From the IMG/VR virus record IMGVR_UViG_3300008262_003578: 64,000 nt of DNA; one strand, given 5' to 3'. The notes beneath the pieces were generated by a model. It saw nothing but the letters and a program-made list of their open reading frames with translations. It searched no databases and was not told where the DNA came from. Origin of the DNA: a virus. Shown piece after piece: positions 17,925 through 25,900 of this stretch (its first letter is position 1; each line of letters begins with the position of its first letter). Position numbers and translations under genes: made by a program.

Positions 17925-18085
17925 TTTTCACCGTAGATATCTTTAGACTCCTTACATTTTTCCATTATAAGTTTCTCAATAAATCTATAAATTTTAATCC
18001 CTCGTTTCTCACAATACTTTTTTAGAGTGTCATGAGCCTCTTTTGAAATCTTTAAATTCTTTATCTCTTTACCTTCATTTTCCAT
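17921..18085 (-). CDS. Small ribbon-helix-helix DNA-binding protein (54 aa, not in the ORF track)
   Basis: Manual translation MENEGKEIKNLKISKEAHDTLKKYCEKRGIKIYRFIEKLIMEKCKESKDIYGEN*; the KNLKI strand plus two helices with a G turn fits the RHH pattern. Confidence 0.7.
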   Translation of the reverse strand: MENEGKEIKNLKISKEAHDTLKKYCEKRGIKIYRFIEKLIMEKCKESKDIYGEN

Positions 18086-18134
18086 AGTAGAAAAAAGGCA
18101 GAATTTATTCTACCTAATTTATAAATACTTGCCA

Positions 18135-18151
18135 CAAAGTAAAGTACTTTG
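18135..18151. promoter_or_regulatory. Inverted repeat (candidate RHH operator) between the divergent RHH and sheath promoters
   Basis: CAAAGTA-AAG-TACTTTG, flanked by a minus-strand TATTTATA box (18120-18127) and a plus-strand TATTTAT box (18165-18171). Confidence 0.45.
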
Positions 18152-18211
18152 GTTTTTTTCAGAATATTTATCAATAAAATAAAAATAAATAAATAAAAAA
18201 CCAAAAAAATA

Positions 18212-18421
18212 ATGGCGACAAACAGTAAAGTATTCGTATCACCTGGGGTTTATACATCCGAGGTTGATTTGAGTTCACTAATTTTGATGAGTTTACAACC
18301 TATTTCGGTGGAACATCACCTGAAAAATTTGTTAACACACAAATACCGAAATATGAAGCATCTTACATTGCTAAATCTTATTTACAACAATCTAACCAAT
18401 TATTCGTTACAAGAGTGTTAG
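18212..18421 (+). pseudogene. Tail sheath N-terminal fragment (frameshifted near 18275)
   Basis: MATNSKVFVSPGVYTSEVDLS is the canonical sheath N-terminus; the frame then becomes non-sheath-like and stops. Confidence 0.75.
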
Positions 18422-21400
18422 GATTATCGGGGTATGATGCGGGACCTTCTTGGTCAATATTAACTAAGGCAAATGTTGATAAATCAACAGTTGATTTCTT
18501 TTGTGAAAGTGCTACAACTATTGATTGTGTTACAGAATGTGTTGATTATAAAACAATTGATTTTGCAATTGATTTCTCAGGTTGTACTAATAGTACAGAC
18601 ACTATAACATTCTTAGACCCAACTCAAATTCCTGATGAGATATTAGTAAAATTAAATTTACCATATGAGAATTTTGATAACTCAACATCAACTTTAGATG
18701 CTGACATTAAACTTCAAATATTTAACATTTTAAATGAACCATCAACTGAGTTGAGTTCTATTAATTATTATGGTACAATACCTTATTCAGATTATTCAGG
18801 TTTAACTGCATTTACAGGTGAAACTAATGTATTTGATGTTGACGGTGTTGATTCATTAACCGCTGATTATACGGCACCTCAAAATGATTCTTGGTATTAC
18901 GCATTATTTGATAATGTTGGTTCAGGAGCATATACAGGTTATTCGTTTTGGTCAATTGTTACTGATTTAACTTTAATACCTGTAACAACAACTACAACAA
19001 TAGCACCTACAACAACTACAACAACAACTAATCCTTGTGTTACACCTGTACCTACAACAACAACTACAACAACAACTGCGGCACCTGTTAATTGTTACAC
19101 GGGTACTTTAGTTGGTAGAATATATGTTTATTCAGGAACTGCTTACACTGATTATGATGATTTAGTTATTGCGACGATGCGTTCAAGAGGGCTAGCAACT
19201 TATGGTTCTAATGACAATGGAGCGGTTTATGAAGTTTCAGGTTTGACTGATGTTGAAATGGTTTGTACAGGAGGTTATTCTGGAGTTACTAAAAACCCAT
19301 TCTCAACATTTGGTTTAAATGTAACTAAAATTGATGGTGAAACTCTATTCTTTGAAACTTCATTGTCAACATCTGATTCAAAGTACTTAACTAAAGTATT
19401 TGGTAAATCTAACTTTGGTAAAGATAAAGATTCAGTACCTGTATTTGTTGAGGAAAACTTCCCTAATCTATTAGTTTACGCTTATAGAAAAGGATATATT
19501 AGAGGTTTAAATTGTGAATTGGTTTCATTACCTGATGCTAGACAAGGTGTTGACCCAACATCAATAGCGTTCTATTTAGAAAAATATCAATCACCGACAT
19601 CTCCTTGGGTTGTGTCTGAATTGAGAGGTTCTAAAGTTTATGATTTATTTAAATTTACAACTATTTCTGATGGGGACTCTGCTAACACTGAGGTTAAAAT
19701 TTCAATAGCTAACATCTCATTTAATAATGGAACATTTGATGTATTGATTAGAGATTATTTTGATACTGATAATAATCCTGTTGTAATTGAAAAATTCACT
19801 AATTGTAATATGAACCCAAGTGACAACAATTATATAGCTAAAAAAATAGGAACGTCTGATGGTGAGTACCAATTGAACTCTAAATATGTTATGGTAGAAC
19901 TTAATGAGGACGCCCCGATTGATGCTTTACCTTGTGGGTTTAAAGGTTTCTCTACAAGAGAATATGCGGGGGCTCGTTCACCATTTAGTTTAATTAAAAA
20001 TAAATACGACTATCCTGGTGAAGTGGTGTTTGACCCACCATTTGGTTTATCCACAGGTGCAAATGCGGTAACTACAAGTCCTGGTGATAATATTAGAAGA
20101 ACTTACTTAGGTATTTCTGATACTATTGGTATTGATTCTGACATTTATTCATACAAAGGTAAACAATTACCAAATAATATATGTGACGCTGTAACAGGAG
20201 CTGATTGGGCTTATATGACGAGAGGTTTCCATATGGATAAAAATGCTAGCGGTATTACAATACCAAATACATTTGTAACAAGTGGTACACCAGCGTTTAT
20301 TTGTGGTGACGCAGAATTTACATCGGACCCTGATAATGAATCTAATCCATATTACAGATTATTTGCTAGAAAATTCACATTATTAGCTCAAGGTGGTTTT
20401 GATGGATGGGATATATATAGAGAATACAGAACTAATGGTGATAGATTTGTTTTAGGTAGAAGTGGATACTTGAAGGGTTCTTGTCCAACACTTAAATACC
20501 CTACGGCAACAGGATGGGGAGCATTCAAACAAATAACAGTTGGTGATAATAATGTTGATTATGCAAATACTGACTACTACGCTTACTTATTAGGTATCCA
20601 AACTTTCTCTAATCCTGAAGCGGTTAATATAAATGTATTTGTAACACCAGGAATTGACTATGTGAATAATTCTGATTTGGTTGGAAGTGCTATTGAGATG
20701 ATTGAGTTTGATAGAGCGGATTCAGTTTACATCACAACAACACCTGATTACAATATGTTTACACCTTCGTTAGGTGACCCTACTGATTTAATTTACCCTC
20801 AAGAAGCGGTTGATAATTTGGAGACGGCTGGTTTAGATTCTAACTACACGGCAACTTATTACCCTTGGATTTTGGTTAGAGATACTGTTAATAATACACA
20901 AATCTACTTACCACCAACAGGTGAGGTAACTAAAAACTTAGCGTTGACAGATAACATCGCATTCCCTTGGTTCGCTGCGGCGGGTTACACTCGTGGTATT
21001 GTTAGTTCAATTAAGGCTCGTAAGAAGTTAACTCAAGAAGATAGAGATACTCTTTACAAAGGTAGAATTAACCCAATCGCAACTTTCTCAGATGTTGGTA
21101 CAGTTATTTGGGGTAATAAAACACTTCAAATCAGAGAGTCGGCATTAGATAGAATTAATGTAAGAAGATTGTTACTACAAGCTCGTAAGTTGATTTCAGC
21201 AGTTTCAGTAAGATTGTTGTTTGAACAAAACGACCAAAAAGTAAGACAAGATTTCTTAAATGCGGTGAACCCAATCTTAGATGGTATCAGAAGAGATAGA
21301 GGTCTTTACGACTTCCGTGTAACAGTATCATCAGATGCGGCTGATTTAGATAGAAACCAAATGACAGGTAAAATCTACATCAAACCAACCAAATCGTTAG

Positions 21401-21459
21401 AGTTTATAGATATAACATTCTATATAACACCAACGGGGGCTTCGTTTGAGAATATCTAA
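18268..21459 (+). CDS. Contractile tail sheath protein (gp18-like), main body
   Basis: Frame open from 18268 (FTNFDEFTTYFGG...FVTRVLGLSG). C-terminal FPWFAAAGYTRG, LYKGRINPI, IWGNKTLQ...LDRINVRRLL, FEQND, IYIKPTKSLEFI are sheath hallmarks. Confidence 0.92.
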   Translation, partial: FEFTNFDEFTTYFGGTSPEKFVNTQIPKYEASYIAKSYLQQSNQLFVTRVLGLSGYDAGPSWSILTKANVDKSTVDFFCESATTIDCVTECVDYKTIDFAIDFSGCTNSTDTITFLDPTQIPDEILVKLNLPYENFDNSTSTLDADIKLQIFNILNEPSTELSSINYYGTIPYSDYSGLTAFTGETNVFDVDGVDSLTADYTAPQNDSWYYALFDNVGSGAYTGYSFWSIVTDLTLIPVTTTTTIAPTTTTTTTNPCVTPVPTTTTTTTTAAPVNCYTGTLVGRIYVYSGTAYTDYDDLVIATMRSRGLATYGSNDNGAVYEVSGLTDVEMVCTGGYSGVTKNPFSTFGLNVTKIDGETLFFETSLSTSDSKYLTKVFGKSNFGKDKDSVPVFVEENFPNLLVYAYRKGYIRGLNCELVSLPDARQGVDPTSIAFYLEKYQSPTSPWVVSELRGSKVYDLFKFTTISDGDSANTEVKISIANISFNNGTFDVLIRDYFDTDNNPVVIEKFTNCNMNPSDNNYIAKKIGTSDGEYQLNSKYVMVELNEDAPIDALPCGFKGFSTREYAGARSPFSLIKNKYDYPGEVVFDPPFGLSTGANAVTTSPGDNIRRTYLGISDTIGIDSDIYSYKGKQLPNNICDAVTGADWAYMTRGFHMDKNASGITIPNTFVTSGTPAFICGDAEFTSDPDNESNPYYRLFARKFTLLAQGGFDGWDIYREYRTNGDRFVLGRSGYLKGSCPTLKYPTATGWGAFKQITVGDNNVDYANTDYYAYLLGIQTFSNPEAVNINVFVTPGIDYVNNSDLVGSAIEMIEFDRADSVYITTTPDYNMFTPSLGDPTDLIYPQEAVDNLETAGLDSNYTATYYPWILVRDTVNNTQIYLPPTGEVTKNLALTDNIAFPWFAAAGYTRGIVSSIKARKKLTQEDRDTLYKGRINPIATFSDVGTVIWGNKTLQIRESALDRINVRRLLLQARKLISAVSVRLLFEQNDQKVRQDFLNAVNPILDGIRRDRGLYDFRVTVSSDAADLDRNQMTGKIYIKPTKSLEFIDITFYITPTGASFENI

Positions 21460-21472
21460 AATAAGAAATAAG

Positions 21473-21509
21473 ATAAGCCGACATTTTTTTAAGTGTCGGC
21501 TTATTTATA
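21473..21509 (+). terminator. Stem-loop terminator after the sheath gene, overlapping the next TATTTATA box
   Basis: ATAAGCCGACA (21473-21483) pairs with TGTCGGCTTAT (21494-21504); TATTTATA at 21502-21509. Confidence 0.65.
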
Positions 21510-21524
21510 TATAAAAGAAAACAA

Positions 21525-22346
21525 ATGAGAAAAAGAAAAATTTTTGAAGGTTTTGATGAGGAGGGAACTCCTGATATGAAGTATTATGCTTTTGATTGGG
21601 ACGATAATATTTTAGAAATGCCAACCAAAATTATTTTAAAAGATAAAGATGGTGAGGAGGTACCAATGAGTACTGAAGATTTTGCACACTATAGAGGTAT
21701 GTTAGATAAAAAAGAAGATTTTGAATATAATGGTCACACTGTAGTGGGGTTTGCATCAAATCCTTTTAGATATTTTACCGTAGAGGGCGATAAAAATTTT
21801 ATAGTTGATTCTATGTTAGCTAAATTAGGTCCAGCTTGGCCTGATTTTGTTGAGGCAATTAATAACGGGTCAATTTTTTCTATTGTTACAGCTAGAGGAC
21901 ACACCCCTTCAGTTATTAAAAATGCGGTGTACAACTTCATTGTTAGTAACCATAAAGGAATTGATTCAAATGAACTAGTTAAGAATTTAGAAAAGTATAG
22001 AGATTTGGCGGGTGACGAACCGTTATCAAAAAAAGAAATGATTCAAGAATATCTTGATTTATGTAAATTTTATCCTGTAACATATGGAAGTGGTTCCGCA
22101 ACTAACCCTGAACAAGGTAAAATTGATGCACTGACAGAATTTGTTAATTATGTAAAAAGGATGTCAAAATTCTTAAACAAGAAGGCTTACCTTAAAAATG
22201 AGATTAGCAACAACTTTGTTCCACAAATAGGATTCTCCGACGATGATTTAAGGAATTTAGAAAAAGTAAAATCACATTTTGGGGATGACCCAGAAAACAT
22301 TATTAAAACAATTTCAACGCATGGAGGAATTAAAAAACCTTATTAA
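21525..22346 (+). CDS. HAD-superfamily phosphatase-like protein
   Basis: Motif I AFDWDDNI, motif II IVTARG, motif III K, motif IV GFSDDD. Confidence 0.7.
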   Translation: MRKRKIFEGFDEEGTPDMKYYAFDWDDNILEMPTKIILKDKDGEEVPMSTEDFAHYRGMLDKKEDFEYNGHTVVGFASNPFRYFTVEGDKNFIVDSMLAKLGPAWPDFVEAINNGSIFSIVTARGHTPSVIKNAVYNFIVSNHKGIDSNELVKNLEKYRDLAGDEPLSKKEMIQEYLDLCKFYPVTYGSGSATNPEQGKIDALTEFVNYVKRMSKFLNKKAYLKNEISNNFVPQIGFSDDDLRNLEKVKSHFGDDPENIIKTISTHGGIKKPY

Positions 22347-22502
22347 TATATTTATTAATATAAAAGTAAAAATAAATAATAATTAAAACTAGAAATGACT
22401 GTTATACTGGAATGATAATTTTAAAAAATCTGAAAGTAAATAGAAAAATTTTTCAAGTGATATTTATAATAAAAAAATAAACGAAAATTAAATTAAAATG
22501 AT

Positions 22503-22991
22503 ATGGCTGATTTATTAATGAGAATGCCAATACCTTACGAACCGAAGAGACAGAACAGGTTTATTTTGAGATTTCCTTCTACTTTGGGGATTAACGAGTG
22601 GTTTGTTGAAACAGCATCAAGACCTAAATTAACGATAGCTTCTACGGAGATTCAATTCTTAAACACTTCTACATATGTTGCTGGTCGTTTTACTTGGGGT
22701 GAGATAAGTGTTAAATTTAGAGACCCTATTGGTCCTTCAGCATCTCAAGCTTTAATGGAATGGGTTCGTTTATGTGCAGAATCTGTAACAGGTCGTATGG
22801 GTTATGCTGCTGGTTATAAGAAAAATGTTGACTTGGAAATGTTAGACCCAACAGGAGTTGTTGTAGAGAAATGGATATTAGAAGGTGCTTGGTTAATGAA
22901 TGTTGACTTTGGTTCATTGGCTTATAACAGTGACGCAATTGCTGACATCACGGCAACTTTGAGACCTGACCGTTGTATATTGGTATACTAA
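22503..22991 (+). CDS. Tail tube protein (gp19-like)
   Basis: 162 aa; EPKRQNRF, GRFTWGEISVKFRDPI, W-x-RL...TGRMGYAAGYKK, EKWILEGAW; follows the sheath. Confidence 0.88.
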   Translation: MADLLMRMPIPYEPKRQNRFILRFPSTLGINEWFVETASRPKLTIASTEIQFLNTSTYVAGRFTWGEISVKFRDPIGPSASQALMEWVRLCAESVTGRMGYAAGYKKNVDLEMLDPTGVVVEKWILEGAWLMNVDFGSLAYNSDAIADITATLRPDRCILVY

Positions 22992-23012
22992 AATAAAAAA
23001 ATATATTTTATT

Positions 23013-23045
23013 AATCCACGTAATAGTTATTGCGTGGATTTTTTG
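23013..23045 (+). terminator. Intrinsic terminator after the tube gene
   Basis: AATCCACGTAAT-AGTT-ATTGCGTGGATT followed by a T-run. Confidence 0.8.
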
Positions 23046-23093
23046 TTTATTAAAAATACTTCCATACTATATTTAAAATAAAAAGTAAATAAT

Positions 23094-23852
23094 ATGGAAC
23101 AAAATGTTTTTGAAGCGGGACAACAAAATTTTAATTTACCACACGATATCGTATCATTACCTAGTGGGGGTATTTTTTATAAGTCAAAGAAAAAATCTAT
23201 CAAAGTTGGGTATTTGACAGCATCTGATGAGAACTATTTAATTGGTTCATCTCAAAGTGGTAGAGAAAATATTATAATGACATTATTAAGAAATAAAGTT
23301 TATGAACATGATTTAAGACCTGAAGAATTGGTTGAGGGTGATGTGGAAGCAATTCTTATTTATTTAAGAAACACTTCATTCGGACCTGAATATGGTATGA
23401 GATTAATTGACCCTAAAACAAATAAAGTTTTTGAACATACTGAAATTTTAGATGAAATCACAATTAGACAACCAAAAGTTCAACCCGATTCTGATGGTTT
23501 ATACACAATGATATTACCACGTTCAGGTAACACCCTTAAATTAAGACCATTAACTTTCCACGATTCCTTAGAATTAGAAAGAATGGCGGACCAATATCCT
23601 GTAGGTAGAATCGCTCCAAAGATAACATGGAGATTAAATAAATTAATACATTCAGTTGACGGGAATGAAGATAGAAATTTTATTTCACAATTTGTTGAAA
23701 CATTACCTATTGTTGATTCAAAAGAAATCAGAACGTTTATGAGAGAAAATCAACCTTCATTAGATTTATCTAGAAGAACAATCGCCCCGTCAGGAGAAGA
23801 GGTAATATTTGATATTGCCTTTGGGGTGGAATTTTTTCGTCCTTTCTTCTGA
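23094..23852 (+). CDS. Baseplate hub / tail assembly chaperone (T4 gp26/gp51-like)
   Basis: LPSGG.FY...IKVGYLTASDE, GDVEAILIYLR...FGPEY, and terminal FGVEFF; lies between tube and tape measure. Confidence 0.7.
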   Translation: MEQNVFEAGQQNFNLPHDIVSLPSGGIFYKSKKKSIKVGYLTASDENYLIGSSQSGRENIIMTLLRNKVYEHDLRPEELVEGDVEAILIYLRNTSFGPEYGMRLIDPKTNKVFEHTEILDEITIRQPKVQPDSDGLYTMILPRSGNTLKLRPLTFHDSLELERMADQYPVGRIAPKITWRLNKLIHSVDGNEDRNFISQFVETLPIVDSKEIRTFMRENQPSLDLSRRTIAPSGEEVIFDIAFGVEFFRPFF

Positions 23853-23994
23853 ATATAATAAAATTTTAATTGACGAATTTTATTATTTAGCAAAACTCCT
23901 ACATATTTCATATTCGGATTTTCTAAAAATTCCGACATATATGAGAAAATACCTGATAAACAAATTAGTTGAAGATAGTACCCCAAAAGAGTAA
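23809..23994 (+). CDS. Short overlapping tail-chaperone ORF (candidate frameshift extension of 23094..23852)
   Basis: EFYYLAKLLHISYSDFLKIPTYMRKYL resembles the short pre-tape-measure chaperone ORFs of myophages; it overlaps the upstream gene in the +1 frame with no good start of its own. Confidence 0.6.
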   Translation: MILPLGWNFFVLSSEYNKILIDEFYYLAKLLHISYSDFLKIPTYMRKYLINKLVEDSTPKE

Positions 23995-24034
23995 AATTTT
24001 TTGGGGTTAACTATTTATTATAAAACAAAAAACT

Positions 24035-25864
24035 ATGGCGGAAGAAACAGAAAGTTTTATGGATGACTTCGGAAAAAAGATTAAAGAAGTTCTTGATTCC
24101 GTTGGTGAGGTATTTAAATCAAATATTGACCCAAGTAGAATTACTGCGGTCATGGAAGAACTTGATGTACAAGCAAGTAAGGTCATTGCAACTTTTGGTC
24201 AAGGTAGAGAAAATATTGTCGGTATTAAACAAGCAATGGCTGATGCCGTTGTGAGTGTTAAGGCGTTAGGAGGTAGTTTCCAAGACGTATTAGATACTCA
24301 AAATAATATTGCTAATACTTTAGGTAGAAACTTGGTATTAGCATCTGATTCATATAAAGATTTATACGCCGCAGCCGAAGCGTCGGACCAATCATCGTCA
24401 ACTATTGTTGAATCATTTAAAAATGTTGGTATATCAGTTTACGACTCATCAAAACAAATTGAGGGGATTTTGAATACCGCTAGAGAAATTGGTGTTAGCG
24501 GTTCTTTAGTGACAGGGGAAGTTTTAAATAATATGGACTTATTAAATAAGTACACATTTCAAGGAGGAGTTGATGGATTAGCGAAAATGGCCGCACAAGC
24601 GGTTAACTTAAGGATTAATGTTAATGCGATTGGTGCGACTTTAGATAAAGCATTTAATCCTGAATCCGCAATTGAAATGGCCGCAGCAATGCAAAGATTA
24701 GGAGCAACACAATCTGATTTATTAGACCCACTTAGATTAATGGATTTAGCTCAGAATGACCCTGCTGAACTACAAAATCAAATTGCGGAAATGTCAAAAC
24801 AATTTGTTGAATTGAATGAAAAGGGACAATTTGAAATTATGCCAGGAGCCAAAAGACAAATGAAGGAGATTGCTGACGCTATGGGTATGGATATATCTAA
24901 CTTAACCAAAATGGCGATTGGTAGTGCGGAACTTGAAGATAAAATGTCTAAGATTAGTTTCCCTGATACGTTTACTGAAGAACAAAAAACTATGATTGCC
25001 AATATGGCCGAAATGGAGGGTGGTGAATATAAAATACAACTTGGTGGTGACAAATTAGGAATCGCTGAAGCGATAGAAAGATTAAAGTCAGGAGGTGATG
25101 ATGCAATGCAAGATTTAATGGATTCTGCAAAACCTAAGACTCTTGAAGAGTTAACAAAAGAACAATTGGGTTATACGGCAGCAATGAAAGCCTCATTAAG
25201 TACGCTTGAAGACAGAATTCCATATGCAATTGCGAGTATGAGAGGCGTTAGTCAAGGTCAAACCAAATTAATGAAAGGTACTGAAGCAGTGACTGGTGCG
25301 TTTGATACCGATGCTCTAAGTGTTAAAACAATTAGAAATCAGTTTAACGACCTTTATGAAGGAGTAAGTGGCTCAATAAGTCAAAATGGGATTGACTTTG
25401 AAAATTTAAGCGATAGTATCAATAAATTTGGTGATTATTTTAATACATCATTTACTGAAAGTTTTAAAAATTTAGATGAAAAAGTTAATGAAGCGGTTGG
25501 TTACAAAATAACAGAAATCCTAAAAAAAATGGATGAATCTTTAAATATTGGTACTAAATCTACAGAAACTAAAACTGAAACCCCTACGGCAACCCCAATT
25601 CAGACTGTTACTACCACACCACCAACGAGTACGAATAACAATTTGGCGGTAAATAATTTAAATACAACAACCACTGAAAACAAAACCAATACAAATGTTA
25701 GTGAAAATAAAAACATTTCACAAATAACTTTAGACATAAATGTTAATTCAAGTAATGTTGATAAAGATAAGGTAATAGAAATAATTAGTAGAACTGAAGT
25801 TGTTCAAGCAATCAATTCTGAAATCAAAAAACTTAATACAACTAACGGTCTAACAACAACATAA
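24035..25864 (+). CDS. Tape measure protein
   Basis: 609 aa, alpha-helical A/Q/M/E-rich composition, located after the chaperones and before the hub genes. Confidence 0.8.
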   Translation: MAEETESFMDDFGKKIKEVLDSVGEVFKSNIDPSRITAVMEELDVQASKVIATFGQGRENIVGIKQAMADAVVSVKALGGSFQDVLDTQNNIANTLGRNLVLASDSYKDLYAAAEASDQSSSTIVESFKNVGISVYDSSKQIEGILNTAREIGVSGSLVTGEVLNNMDLLNKYTFQGGVDGLAKMAAQAVNLRINVNAIGATLDKAFNPESAIEMAAAMQRLGATQSDLLDPLRLMDLAQNDPAELQNQIAEMSKQFVELNEKGQFEIMPGAKRQMKEIADAMGMDISNLTKMAIGSAELEDKMSKISFPDTFTEEQKTMIANMAEMEGGEYKIQLGGDKLGIAEAIERLKSGGDDAMQDLMDSAKPKTLEELTKEQLGYTAAMKASLSTLEDRIPYAIASMRGVSQGQTKLMKGTEAVTGAFDTDALSVKTIRNQFNDLYEGVSGSISQNGIDFENLSDSINKFGDYFNTSFTESFKNLDEKVNEAVGYKITEILKKMDESLNIGTKSTETKTETPTATPIQTVTTTPPTSTNNNLAVNNLNTTTTENKTNTNVSENKNISQITLDINVNSSNVDKDKVIEIISRTEVVQAINSEIKKLNTTNGLTTT

Positions 25865-25900
25865 AATACATTATAGTCTATTTATTAATAAAAAAACAAA

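Noticed and set aside
18260-18290. Programmed -1 frameshift as the explanation for the sheath break
   Set aside because: No X XXY YYZ heptamer or downstream structure, a conserved segment would still be missing, and a major structural protein is unlikely to depend on a low-efficiency shift.
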